Part shown: piece by piece, positions 19,933-30,136 of the stretch | Numbering within the stretch: the first letter of the stretch is position 1 | Layout of the letters: each line of letters starts with the position of its first letter | Source of the DNA: Candidatus Eiseniibacteriota bacterium | GTDB taxonomy: Bacteria; Eisenbacteria; RBG-16-71-46 | Assembly: GCA_963744995.1 (NCBI GenBank) | Contig: CAVUWA010000011.1 | Coordinates: 1 to 64,000, forward strand | Length of the DNA stretch: 64,000 nucleotides | Direction: 5' to 3' | Notes under the pieces: model-generated | What the model saw: the letters and a program-made list of their open reading frames with translations, nothing else | Told to the model about the DNA's origin: nothing | The model's database searches: none | Made by a program: the position numbers and the translations under genes

Positions 19933-22386
19933 ATGACTCGCTCGTTCGTATTGAGCTCGAGCCTGGTGGTCCTGATGATGGCCGCCGGCGGCACCGCCGA
20001 TGCAGACTGGATCGAAGACGGCATTCCCGTCTGCATCGCACCCGCTGCGCAGCTCGAACAGGCGGCCGTGTCCGACGGCAGCGGCGGCGAATTCATCGTC
20101 TGGACGGACTACAGGGACCAGCCGACCACCGGCACGAACATCTACGCTCAGCACGTCGACGCAGACGGCGTCGCACTCTGGACCGCCAACGGCATCCCGA
20201 TCTGCGCGCTGTCCGGTAACCAGATCAGACCGGCCATCGCATCGGACGGCACGGGCGGCGCGATCATCGTCTGGGAGGACGGGCGCAACCCAGCCGACTC
20301 CGATATCTACGGACAGCACGTCGACGGAGCCGGCAACCCCCAGTGGGCGGCGAACGGCATTCCGATCTGCAGTGCGACCAACAACCAGCTGGCCCCTCAG
20401 ATCCATTCGAGCGGCTTCATCGTCCTCCTTGCATGGGAGGACTGGCGCAACGGCAACCCGGACATCTACGTCCAGCGTCTCCTTCCGGACGGCGGCGGCG
20501 CCTGGCCCGCGAACGGCGTCGCCGTGTGCACGGCCGCCGGAAACCAGCGCTCCCCGCGGATCATCGGCGACAGCAGCGGCGGCGCCATCGTGACGTGGGA
20601 GGACTGGCGCGATGGCGACCCCGACGTCTATGCCGGCGCGGTGAACTTTCTCGGCACGCCGGTGTGGACCTACAACGGCGTCGCGGTCGGTGTGGATCCC
20701 GGCACGCAACAGACCGAGCCCAGGATCATCGGCGACGACGCAGACGGCGCCATCGTGGTCTGGGAGGACTACCGCAACGGCGACTACGACGTCTATGGCC
20801 AGCGGCTGAACTACTCAGGGAACGCCCTGTGGACCGCCAACGGCGCTCCGATCAGCATGGCGGCAAACAACCAGCTGGCGCCCGAGATCGCGCCGGATGG
20901 CGCCGGCGGCGCGTTCGTCGCCTGGAGTGATTACCGCATCGGCACCCACTTCGACGTCTACGCACAGCACGTGACGGCACTCGGCGTTCCGTACTGGAAG
21001 CAGAACGGCATTCTCATCGCGGCGCCGCGCCACACGGACGCTCAGGATCCGATGATCGCTTCGGACGGCGAGGGCGGCGCGCTGATCGCGTGGCTGGACA
21101 GCGATCAGGGTTTGGAGGTGGACATCTATGCGCAGCGGGTCGACGGAGCGGGACAGTTCTGGTGGGGACCGATCGGCGTGGCCGTGTCTGCGGCTCCGGG
21201 TTCTCAGTACAAGCCCAGTCTCGTGAGCAGCGGCGGCGCGGCGCTGACTGCCTGGAACGACGAGCGGGGCGGCCTGGATGACGTTTACGCCCAGCGACTC
21301 GAGCCCAACCACGGCTGGTGGGGGCGGCCCGAGCCGCGGATCACGTCGGCCGCGGACAACCCGGGCGATCAGGGCGGTCAGGTGGCGCTCACCTGGCTCG
21401 CCAGCGAGCGCGATGCGTATCCGCTGCAGACCGTCCCCTATTACTCGATCTGGCGCGCCGTGGGCGCGGTTCCGGTGGTGGCGGGCGCGCGGCCGGCCGA
21501 TGCGCAGCCTCGCATCGTGACGCTCGACCAGGTCGGGCGGGGCTTCGAAGGCGATGCGTACCGGATCGAGCGCACCGCCGCGGGCAGCTACTACTGGGAA
21601 TTCGTCGGCACGCAGGACGCGATCGCCTCGCCCGGCTACGGCGACCTCGTACCGACGCGGCAGGATTCGAGCAGCGCCGGCACGGCGCTCCACTATTTCC
21701 AGGTGGTCGCGCACACGTACAGTACGGAGATCTTCTTCGCCTCGGCCCCCGATAGCGCGTATTCGGTGGACAATCTGGCGCCGGTCGCGCCGATTTCCCT
21801 CTCGGCCATGCGCGCCGGCGGGCAGAAGGTCGATCTGATCTGGAGTCCGGGCGATCCCGTAGATACGGATCTCGCCGGGTACCGGATCTACCGCAGTCCG
21901 ACGCCGGATTTTCCCACCGGTCCCGCTTCGTTTCTGATGGCGGTCTCGGGCGTCACGGCCACGGACGCTGCCGCCAGCCCGGACGTGCAGTGGTACTACA
22001 AGGTGGTGGCCGTCGACGTTCACGGCAACCTGAGCGGCGACTCGAACGAGGCGTGGGTCGGGACCGTGACCGCCGTGGAGGATGACATCCCGGCGGTGGC
22101 GTCCTTCACCGTGCGGCCGAACACGCCCAATCCGTTCCGCACGTCGTCGGTGATTCGCTTCGGGCTGCCCACGGCCGGCGCGGTGACGTTCGAGATCTAC
22201 GATGTCGCGGGACATCGCGTCGTCGCGCGCCAGCTGCAGCCGATGGCCGCGGGGTGGCATCGCTACGCGTTCGACAGCCGCGACGATGCCGGCGTGCCGC
22301 TGCCGAGCGGCATGTACTTCTACCGTGTGCGCCAGGTGGGCGCGCACACAGCCGGTATCACGCGCAAGATGGTGATCGAGCGTTAG
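19933..22386 (+). CDS. Tandem paralogue: 8-repeat propeller protein with stalk and CTD
   Basis: AAGGAG RBS; start MTRSFVLSSSLV almost identical to the upstream gene; same architecture. Confidence 0.9.
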   Translation: MTRSFVLSSSLVVLMMAAGGTADADWIEDGIPVCIAPAAQLEQAAVSDGSGGEFIVWTDYRDQPTTGTNIYAQHVDADGVALWTANGIPICALSGNQIRPAIASDGTGGAIIVWEDGRNPADSDIYGQHVDGAGNPQWAANGIPICSATNNQLAPQIHSSGFIVLLAWEDWRNGNPDIYVQRLLPDGGGAWPANGVAVCTAAGNQRSPRIIGDSSGGAIVTWEDWRDGDPDVYAGAVNFLGTPVWTYNGVAVGVDPGTQQTEPRIIGDDADGAIVVWEDYRNGDYDVYGQRLNYSGNALWTANGAPISMAANNQLAPEIAPDGAGGAFVAWSDYRIGTHFDVYAQHVTALGVPYWKQNGILIAAPRHTDAQDPMIASDGEGGALIAWLDSDQGLEVDIYAQRVDGAGQFWWGPIGVAVSAAPGSQYKPSLVSSGGAALTAWNDERGGLDDVYAQRLEPNHGWWGRPEPRITSAADNPGDQGGQVALTWLASERDAYPLQTVPYYSIWRAVGAVPVVAGARPADAQPRIVTLDQVGRGFEGDAYRIERTAAGSYYWEFVGTQDAIASPGYGDLVPTRQDSSSAGTALHYFQVVAHTYSTEIFFASAPDSAYSVDNLAPVAPISLSAMRAGGQKVDLIWSPGDPVDTDLAGYRIYRSPTPDFPTGPASFLMAVSGVTATDAAASPDVQWYYKVVAVDVHGNLSGDSNEAWVGTVTAVEDDIPAVASFTVRPNTPNPFRTSSVIRFGLPTAGAVTFEIYDVAGHRVVARQLQPMAAGWHRYAFDSRDDAGVPLPSGMYFYRVRQVGAHTAGITRKMVIER

Positions 22387-22397
22387 GCGGGCGCCCC

Positions 22398-23060
22398 ATG
22401 TCCTCGACTCTTCGCATCGTCGTTCTCGCCGCGCTTTTGATCGCCTGCGCCGCGACCGCCGAGGCCCGCAGCGGCTTCTCGTGCGTGATCGACTACGCTC
22501 AGACCGTCTCGACCTGCGATCCGTCGCCCGCAACGGGCACCGGGGTGTTCATTCTCAACGACGCGCAGACCGAGCTGTCGTTCGACATGACGATCGTCGG
22601 GCTGCAGGGCACCGAGTCGGCGGCGCACTTCCACGACGCGCCGCCCGGCACGAACGGCGACATCGTCTACTTCCTGCCGCTCGGCGGACACAAGGCGGGC
22701 GTATGGAAGAGCACCGACCCGCTGCCGCTCACGCCCGCGCTGGTGGCCGAGCTGTTCGCTGGGAACATCTACGTGGTCGTGCACACCAGCTACTGCGGCG
22801 CGGGCGAGGTGCGCGGCAACCTGATGTCGAATCCGACCCCCGTGCACGACACGTCCTGGGGGCGGCTGAAGGCGCTGTACCGGCGCGCCCCGGGTGCGGT
22901 CCGCCACGCGGTGCCGGCAAGGGGAGTCTGCGGCGGGGACGCGTCAGGGCCGGGCGCGCCGTTCCGCGTGCGCCTGTCGAACCCCGCTTCTCCAGCGGCC
23001 GCCGGGTGCTACGTGACGTCGCCGCCCTGGGCGCGCCCCGCCCCTGAAAAATCCTTCTGA
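22398..23060 (+). CDS. Secreted CHRD-domain protein with internal TPVxxTSWGRLKALYR motif
   Basis: Signal peptide; SPATGTG, AAHFH..PPGTNG, GNIYVVVHT..GEVRG CHRD motifs; low-complexity 58-aa tail after LYR. Confidence 0.8.
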   Translation: MSSTLRIVVLAALLIACAATAEARSGFSCVIDYAQTVSTCDPSPATGTGVFILNDAQTELSFDMTIVGLQGTESAAHFHDAPPGTNGDIVYFLPLGGHKAGVWKSTDPLPLTPALVAELFAGNIYVVVHTSYCGAGEVRGNLMSNPTPVHDTSWGRLKALYRRAPGAVRHAVPARGVCGGDASGPGAPFRVRLSNPASPAAAGCYVTSPPWARPAPEKSF

Positions 23061-23210
23061 GACGATCGATCACCCGCTAGAATGGCCCCTGCCGGACCCC
23101 CTTCGGAGGCGGGTGACCGACGCTGATTGGTTCCTGACGCCAGCTCGTGGATCCTGCCTTCATCCGCCGCGGGCCATGCGTCCCCGTTCCGTTCCCCCAC
23201 GGAGGCCGTC

Positions 23211-26200
23211 ATGCGCGCCCTGCTCACAGCGCTCTTCCTCGCAATCGTCCCCGTTTCCGCTTTCGCTCAGACGGTCGTCATCACCGGCAACATCACGACC
23301 GACACGACCTGGGGTCCTACCGGCACCGTGGTGGGCGACGTCTTCTGGCTGCAGAGCAGCGTCACGATCAACGCCGGGGTCACCCTTACCATTCAGCCCG
23401 GCGTGATCGTGAAATCCGACCTCAGCCGCCTGATCACGGTGAACGGCACCCTCTCGGCCGTGGGCACCTCGGGCAACGAGATCATCTTCACCTCGATCCG
23501 CGACGATGTCGGCGGTGACACCAACGCGGACGGCAACGCTTCGATTCCGGCGGCCTCCAACTGGTACGGCATCAAGTTCAACGACGCGGCGACCGATGCG
23601 AGCGTGCTCGACTACTGCGACGTCCGCTACGCGGGGGCCGGCAACGGGGGCGCGCTCACGTTCGTGAGCAACTCGAGCTCGGTCACCAACTCGTTCGTTC
23701 GCGCCTCGTACTACGGCGTGGACTGCCAGGGCACGGCGGCCCCGGCGCTCACCAACACCACCATCGAGGCTTCGACCCAGACGCCCATCGTGCTCGATTT
23801 CACCGCGACGCCGGTGCTGAGCAGTCTCGTCTTCTCGAGCGCCAACAACGGCTACGACGCCTTCGGCGTCCGCGGCGGGACGCTGTCCAGCGTGGCCACG
23901 CTGCCGCAGCGCGGCGCCACCGTCGGCGTGAACCCGATCAGCAACGTGACGTACGTGCTGCTGTCGAGTCTGATCATCGCCTCCGGCGGCAGCCTCACGA
24001 TCGACCCGGGCGTCGTCATCAAGCCGATCAGCGGGACGATCACCGTCAATTCGGGCGGCAACCTGACGATGAACGGCACGGCCGCCGTGGGCGACACCAT
24101 CACGATCACTTCCATTCACGACGACAACTTCGGGCTGCCGAACGATACCGACAACAACGGCTCGATCGAGGCCCCCGCCCCCGGCAACTGGGGCCGCATC
24201 GTCTACAACCAGGGCGCCACCGGCTCCATCCAGCACTGCCGTCTCAAGTTCGGATCCAACAACGACAGCCAGGGCCTGATCGAGATGAGCAACACGTCCG
24301 TCGACGTCTCGAACGCGCTGCTCAGCGACGCCGCACACGGACTCGCGATCCTCGGCACCGCCGCACCGACCATCAGCGACGTCACGATTCAGAACTGCAC
24401 CAGCACGCCCACGTTCGAGTCGGTCTCGGCGAACGCCGTCTATTCGAACATCACGTTCATCGCCAACGCGATCACCGCGATCGGCCTGAAGGGCGAGACG
24501 GTGGCCGTCGATTCGCGGATTCCGGTGCGCAGCCTGGCGGGTTACGACAACATCACCTACTACGTGATGAAGGGCGCCATCACGATGCAGAGCCCTGCGA
24601 TCCTCACGATCGATCCCGGCATCGTCGTGAAGAACGAGCTGGTCGGCGGCGGGTTCGTCATCGACGGCGGGCTCGTCGCCGACGGCAAGCCGGACAGCCT
24701 GATCGTCTTCACGTCCGTGCGCAACGACCTCTACGGCAACCCCGCCGATACGAACGGCGACGGCTCGACCACGACGCCCACCACGGCGAACTGGGGCGCC
24801 ATCCATTTCACCGCGACCAGCAACGACGCCGTGAGCAAGATGAACTACTGCCGCATCACCTATGGCTCGTACCTCGGCGGCAACTCCTGGCCGAGCAATC
24901 TGTGGATCACGAGCGCCAACACCCCCGTCACGAACTGCATCATCGAACACGGCTCCTACGGCATCCGCATCGACGGCAACGCCGCGCCGCTGATCGACCA
25001 GAACAGCATCAACAACTGCTCGAACGCGCCCATCGTGATGTCGGCGGCCTCCGACCCCAACATCACCGTGAACAACTCGTACTCGACGAACGGCTACAAC
25101 GCGCTGGCGCTGATCTCGGAGACGCTCGCGCAGGACTCGCGGCTCAAGTACCGCCCCGGGGTCGGGTCGCCGACGTTCGCCTACCTGCCCACGGGCACGA
25201 TCACGATCGGCAGCGGCGTCACGCTCTCGATCGACCCTCAGGTGGTCATCAAGCCGAGCAGCAGTTTCAACGTCTTCAACGTCGACGGAGCGCTCAACAT
25301 CGTCGGTTCCAATTCGACGACGGGACGGGTGATCTTCACCTCGCGCCGTGACGACAACCCGCAATACGGTGGAGACACGACCCCGAACGACGCCAACACG
25401 CCGCAGGCCGGCGACTGGGGCTCGATCCAGTTCGACGACACGAGCGTCGACGCGGCCTGCGTGGTGAGGAACTGTCTCTTCCAGTTCGGCGCCTCGGGCG
25501 GCCACGATCAGGGCGTGCTCACCACCGTGAGCGCCAGCCCGCGCTTCGCCGGAAACGAGTTCTTCCAGAACAAGACGGCCATGACGTTCAAGGCCAATTC
25601 ACAGCCGACGGTGGATTCGACGGCGATCCTCAACTGTACGCAGCTGCCCCTCGTGTGGTCGCTGGTGAGCGATCCGCAGTTCCCGAACCCGGGCAACATC
25701 ACGTTCGCGAACAACGCCTATGCGGCGCTGGGCATCCTCGGTGAAACCGTCGCGCAGGACGTGACGACGCGAGTCCGGGGCCTCGACGTATTCGACAACC
25801 TGCCCTACTCCCCGACCGGCACGATCACCATCGACTTCGGCGCGAAGTGGACCATCGCGCCCGGCGTGGTGGTCAAGCTCGGGCGGCCCTACTACGACCC
25901 CATCGGCGTCGCGATCAACATCAACGGGGCGCTCGTCGCCGACGGCAAGCCCGACAGCCTGATCGTGTTCACCTCGATGGCGGACGACGCGTTCGGCGGC
26001 GACACGCAGGGCGACGGCGCCCTGACCCAGCCCGCCGCGGGGAACTGGAGCGGTATCACGTTCAGCGCGATCAGCAACGACGCCGCCACGGTGGTCGACG
26101 AGTGCCGTATTCGCTATGCGGGCTACGCGGGCAGCGGCGGGATCACCTTCACGAATTCCGGACCGACGCTCAGCAACACCTGGGTCACGGCGACGTCCGG

Positions 26201-27974
26201 TGAAGGGGTGGACATCGAAGGGGCCTCCACTCCGACGTTCACCAACTGCTTCTTCGACTCGTCCACGACCGTTCCGGTGCAGATGTCCCTCGTGAGCAAT
26301 CCGACGTTCAACAACGTCCAGTTCCTCGGCAACACGTATACGGCGCTCGGCATCACCGCCGAGAGCATCGCGCAGGACGTGCTGTGGCCGATTCGCTCCG
26401 TATCGGGACGCAACAACATGCCCTACCTGCTGCAGGGGCAGCTCGTGACGGGCCTCGGCGCGACCGTGACGATCCAGCCGGGGGTCATCATCAAGGGCAC
26501 GGGGAGCGCCGGCATCAGGATTCAGCGGGCGTTCATCGCCGAGGGGCGTACGCAGCCCGAGAGCCTCATCGTGTTCACGTCGTACCGGGACGACTTCTAC
26601 GGTGGCGACACCAACAACGACGGTACCGCCACGGCCCCGGCCGCGGGCAACTGGGGCTCGGTCTGGGTGGACGGCACCGCCATCGATCCCGAGGTGCGGT
26701 TCAAGGACTGCGTGTTCCGCTACGGCGGATCCGGCACGACGCAGGGCGTTCTGCGCGCCGTGAACTCGTCGCCGAGCGTCGACTCCTGCACGTTCGCCTA
26801 CAACTCGGTGGGTGTCTCGGTAGAGGGCGCCAGCAACCCGACGGTCCACGGGTCGAGCATCTACGGCAACACCTACTACGCGATCAACAACACCGGGAAT
26901 TCCTTCTGCGTGAACGCGGAAGGCAACTGGTGGGGCGACGCGAGCGGGCCCAGCGACGCGAGCGCGACGGCCGACCTCTGCGGACTCGGCGCGAACGCGG
27001 GCTCGGGCGACATCGTGAGCAACAACGTCGACTACTCCCCGTGGGCGACGTCGGGCATCCAGAATCCGCTGCTCGGCGACGTGAGCCTGAACGGGCAGGT
27101 GCTCGCCTACGACGCTTCGCTGGTGCTGCAGAGCACCGCACTGCTCATCACGCTGAATCCGCTTCAGGAACTGGTCGGCGACGTGAGCGGCTCCGCCGGG
27201 GTCACGGCATTCGACGCGTCGCTGATTCTGCAGTACGTGGCAGGCCTCATCCCGGCCTTCCCCGCGGCCAGCAACACTGCGCACCAGGCGCCCATCGATG
27301 CGCTGGCGGCGCAGCGCGTGCTGGAGCAGGCGCGCGGCGAGTTCCAGGTGTCTCTGGGCGAGCCGGTGCGCGACGGCGGCGACTGGCTGGTGCCGGTGCA
27401 CGTCACGGGCATGGCGCCCGTCTACTCGATCGAGCTGCGCATGTCGGGCGCGACGGCGGCCGGGCTGCAGAGCGTGCAGACGGCGGCGGGCAGCGCCTTC
27501 GAGGCGCACGGGGCCGGCAGCAGCGTGGCGCGCGTGGCCATCGCCTCTGCGGAAGCCATGCTGGACGGCGACGTGGCGACGCTGCGCTTCACCGGCGGCG
27601 ACGACTGGACGGCGCCCGCGCTGGCGTGGGCGCGCGTCAACGAGAACGAGGCCGGTCCCACCGCGGTGCCCGGACCGGCAGCGCCGGCGATCTCGTTCAT
27701 CGCACCCCCTGCGCCGAATCCGGCGGGCGGCTCGGTGCGCTTCACGCTCGGCATCTCCGCCGATGACGCGGGCGCGCCGGTGCGTATCGCCGTCTACGAC
27801 CTCGCCGGCCGCGTGGCGCGGGTGCTGCACGACGGTCCGCTTCCGGCCGGGATCCGGCCGTTCACCTGGAACCTGTCGGGCGCCGGCGGCGCCCGCCTGG
27901 CGCCGGGCATCTACCTGATCCGCGCGCGAACGCGCACGCAGGAGAAGACGCAGCGTCTCGTGGTGGTTCGCTGA
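23211..27974 (+). CDS. Large secreted right-handed beta-helix repeat protein with dockerin, cohesin-like domain and T9SS/FlgD-like CTD
   Basis: GGAGG RBS, signal peptide; six ~210-aa units (LTI.PGV..K..IVFTS..DD..GGDT..DG..NWG.I.F); duplicated GDV..G.V.A.DASL.LQ dockerin motif; PNP..YDLAGRV..GIYLIR CTD. Confidence 0.85.
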   Translation: MRALLTALFLAIVPVSAFAQTVVITGNITTDTTWGPTGTVVGDVFWLQSSVTINAGVTLTIQPGVIVKSDLSRLITVNGTLSAVGTSGNEIIFTSIRDDVGGDTNADGNASIPAASNWYGIKFNDAATDASVLDYCDVRYAGAGNGGALTFVSNSSSVTNSFVRASYYGVDCQGTAAPALTNTTIEASTQTPIVLDFTATPVLSSLVFSSANNGYDAFGVRGGTLSSVATLPQRGATVGVNPISNVTYVLLSSLIIASGGSLTIDPGVVIKPISGTITVNSGGNLTMNGTAAVGDTITITSIHDDNFGLPNDTDNNGSIEAPAPGNWGRIVYNQGATGSIQHCRLKFGSNNDSQGLIEMSNTSVDVSNALLSDAAHGLAILGTAAPTISDVTIQNCTSTPTFESVSANAVYSNITFIANAITAIGLKGETVAVDSRIPVRSLAGYDNITYYVMKGAITMQSPAILTIDPGIVVKNELVGGGFVIDGGLVADGKPDSLIVFTSVRNDLYGNPADTNGDGSTTTPTTANWGAIHFTATSNDAVSKMNYCRITYGSYLGGNSWPSNLWITSANTPVTNCIIEHGSYGIRIDGNAAPLIDQNSINNCSNAPIVMSAASDPNITVNNSYSTNGYNALALISETLAQDSRLKYRPGVGSPTFAYLPTGTITIGSGVTLSIDPQVVIKPSSSFNVFNVDGALNIVGSNSTTGRVIFTSRRDDNPQYGGDTTPNDANTPQAGDWGSIQFDDTSVDAACVVRNCLFQFGASGGHDQGVLTTVSASPRFAGNEFFQNKTAMTFKANSQPTVDSTAILNCTQLPLVWSLVSDPQFPNPGNITFANNAYAALGILGETVAQDVTTRVRGLDVFDNLPYSPTGTITIDFGAKWTIAPGVVVKLGRPYYDPIGVAININGALVADGKPDSLIVFTSMADDAFGGDTQGDGALTQPAAGNWSGITFSAISNDAATVVDECRIRYAGYAGSGGITFTNSGPTLSNTWVTATSGEGVDIEGASTPTFTNCFFDSSTTVPVQMSLVSNPTFNNVQFLGNTYTALGITAESIAQDVLWPIRSVSGRNNMPYLLQGQLVTGLGATVTIQPGVIIKGTGSAGIRIQRAFIAEGRTQPESLIVFTSYRDDFYGGDTNNDGTATAPAAGNWGSVWVDGTAIDPEVRFKDCVFRYGGSGTTQGVLRAVNSSPSVDSCTFAYNSVGVSVEGASNPTVHGSSIYGNTYYAINNTGNSFCVNAEGNWWGDASGPSDASATADLCGLGANAGSGDIVSNNVDYSPWATSGIQNPLLGDVSLNGQVLAYDASLVLQSTALLITLNPLQELVGDVSGSAGVTAFDASLILQYVAGLIPAFPAASNTAHQAPIDALAAQRVLEQARGEFQVSLGEPVRDGGDWLVPVHVTGMAPVYSIELRMSGATAAGLQSVQTAAGSAFEAHGAGSSVARVAIASAEAMLDGDVATLRFTGGDDWTAPALAWARVNENEAGPTAVPGPAAPAISFIAPPAPNPAGGSVRFTLGISADDAGAPVRIAVYDLAGRVARVLHDGPLPAGIRPFTWNLSGAGGARLAPGIYLIRARTRTQEKTQRLVVVR

Positions 27975-28000
27975 CGGCCCCGGTCCGGAGGAGGAGCGAC

Positions 28001-30043
28001 ATGCGCTCAACCCTGTCGGCCGGGTTCGTCCCGGTCATGCTGGTGGCCCTCGCCGCCACGATGGCCCGTCCCGCGGCGGCCGTGACGATCACGGCCGGAA
28101 CCGCGGCGGGCGTGTACGCCGGTCAGACGGTGGACGTCAACGTCACCACCGACGATCTGACCGGGCTCGGCATCTACTCGTACCAGTTCACGATGACGTT
28201 CAACTCCATCTACGTCAGCCTGACCGACGTGATCGAGGCGGGCACGCTCACCGGCAACGCCGGATGGGGCGACGCGACGTTCAATGCGGGCACCGGCACG
28301 GTCACGGTGAGCCATGCCGGCGCGACCGCGCTGACGGGATCCGGAACGCTGCTCACGCTGCGCTTCCTGGTGAACCCTGCCGCGCTCTCAGGCGGATACA
28401 CGGCCCTCAGCTGGCAGAGCTTCCTGTTCAACGAGGGATCGCCGGCCCCCACGAAGGTGGCCGGATCCATCACGATCTCGGCGACGCCCACGATCAGCGT
28501 CTCGCCGAACACCGGCGAGGTGCTGGTCGGGGAGAACCTCGCCTTTTCGGTCGGCGGCTCCGTCACGAATCCGGTCACCTGGGGCACCACCGACGGGTCG
28601 GTCGCCACGATCTCCCCCACGGGCGTGCTGACCGGCGTGGCCCCCGGCGCCGTTCGCGTGTTTGCGGTGGATGCCGCGTCCCGGCGCGACACGACCAACG
28701 GCGACATCGTCGTGCGCGCCGCGCGCGTCACGGTGGGCAGCGGCGGCGCCTATCAGGGCCAGTCCGTCACGGTGCCGGTCACGGTGACGGATCTGACCGG
28801 CCTCGGCGTGCGCTCGGGGCAGGTCAGGGTCTCGTTCAACGCGAACCTCCTCACGGCCACCGGCGTGACCACCTCGGGCACGCTGCTCGACGGGTACGGC
28901 CCGGCGCTGTTCGGAACCACGCCGGGCAATCTGGTCGTCGACTTCGCCGGCGCGACCGACCTCGCAGGTTCGGGCGTGCTGTGCAATCTGAACTTCGACG
29001 CGACGCCGCTCTACTCGGGCAGCACGATTCTCACGCTGACCGAGGCGCTGTTCAACGAAGAGCCGGCGATCCGGGCGAACGGCTTGTTCACCGTGAATTC
29101 GCTGCCCACGATCGCGGTCACGCCCGACAACGTCACGCTGCTCGCCGGCCAGACGCAGCAGTTCCTCGCCGGCGGGAGTCCCGTGCTTCCGATTACCTGG
29201 AGCACCCTCGACCCCGCGGTGGCGACGATCGATCCGAGCGGTCTGCTCACGGCGCAGGCCGGCGGCGTCACCCGGGTGCAGGCGACCGACGACATCGGCG
29301 CCACGGACCTGAATACCGCGGTCACCGTGTACGACTTCCGCGTCTGGCCGGACACGGTCGAAGCCGCTCCGGGCGACACGGTGACGGTGCTCCTGCGCCT
29401 CGATCGAAGCGTCGCCGGGCTCGGGGTCTACTCGACCCAGTACACGGTCGCCTACAACCCCATGTGGATCACCGGGACCGGCGTCTCGTCCACCGGGGTC
29501 ATGAGCGCGTGGGGCGCGCCGGCCGTGAACCCGCAGAACGGGCAGCTCATCGTGGCGGGGGCGGGAAGCTCGCCGCTCGGAGCCGGGACGACGCTGCACG
29601 CCGTGCGCTTCGCCGTGTCGCCATCGGCGCCGCTCGGAACGAACGTACCGTTCACGCTCAGCCCGTTCATGTGCAACGAGGGAACACCCTCGGCGCAGAC
29701 GGGCCCGGGGATGATCAAGATCGTCGCGAACGTCGGCGTACCCGCACCCACTGCCCGGGGCGGCCTCTGGCTCGCGAGCGTGCGGCCCAATCCCGCACGG
29801 GGAAACGCTCACTTCGCGTTCTCGCTGCCCGGGCCGGGTGCGACGCGCGTGCGGCTCGCCGTCTATTCGGCGAGCGGCCGCCGCGTGCACACGCTGGTCG
29901 AGGGCTCGCTGGAGCCGGGTCTCCATCAGGTCGAGTGGAATCTGCACGACCGCTCGGGTCACGGAGTGGCACCCGGTCTCTACTTCACGGTCCTCGAGTG
30001 GGACGGCGGGAGGCTCACGCAGAAGTTCGCGACCGTACGCTGA
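28001..30043 (+). CDS. Mini-scaffoldin-like protein: cohesin-Big2-cohesin-Big2-cohesin-CTD
   Basis: Three cohesin-like segments (GQTVDVNV..DLTGLGIYSYQF..GSGTLLTLRF; GQSVTVPV..GSGVLCNLNF; GDTVTVLL..GVYSTQY..LHAVRF) separated by Big_2-like segments (VSPN..VTW.T.D.SVATI..TGVLT); CTD; GGAGGAGG RBS. Confidence 0.78.
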   Translation: MRSTLSAGFVPVMLVALAATMARPAAAVTITAGTAAGVYAGQTVDVNVTTDDLTGLGIYSYQFTMTFNSIYVSLTDVIEAGTLTGNAGWGDATFNAGTGTVTVSHAGATALTGSGTLLTLRFLVNPAALSGGYTALSWQSFLFNEGSPAPTKVAGSITISATPTISVSPNTGEVLVGENLAFSVGGSVTNPVTWGTTDGSVATISPTGVLTGVAPGAVRVFAVDAASRRDTTNGDIVVRAARVTVGSGGAYQGQSVTVPVTVTDLTGLGVRSGQVRVSFNANLLTATGVTTSGTLLDGYGPALFGTTPGNLVVDFAGATDLAGSGVLCNLNFDATPLYSGSTILTLTEALFNEEPAIRANGLFTVNSLPTIAVTPDNVTLLAGQTQQFLAGGSPVLPITWSTLDPAVATIDPSGLLTAQAGGVTRVQATDDIGATDLNTAVTVYDFRVWPDTVEAAPGDTVTVLLRLDRSVAGLGVYSTQYTVAYNPMWITGTGVSSTGVMSAWGAPAVNPQNGQLIVAGAGSSPLGAGTTLHAVRFAVSPSAPLGTNVPFTLSPFMCNEGTPSAQTGPGMIKIVANVGVPAPTARGGLWLASVRPNPARGNAHFAFSLPGPGATRVRLAVYSASGRRVHTLVEGSLEPGLHQVEWNLHDRSGHGVAPGLYFTVLEWDGGRLTQKFATVR

Positions 30044-30093
30044 GGGCATGCCCGCGCGCCGGATTCCCCGGGCGGCGCGCGATCGATTCGAAT

Positions 30094-30129
30094 GCGGTCC
30101 GTCGCGAAGTTCCGTTCGCGACGGACCGC
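30094..30129. terminator. Perfect 15-bp hairpin between convergent genes
   Basis: GCGGTCCGTCGCGAA-gttccg-TTCGCGACGGACCGC. Confidence 0.65.
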
Positions 30130-30136
30130 TTCGACT

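Noticed and set aside
4432..22386. Repeats as a CRISPR array or a diversity-generating retroelement template/variable pair
   Set aside because: Repeats are degenerate, in frame and conserved at protein level. There are no identical nucleotide repeats with spacers, no cas or reverse transcriptase gene, and no adenine-restricted mismatch pattern was evident.
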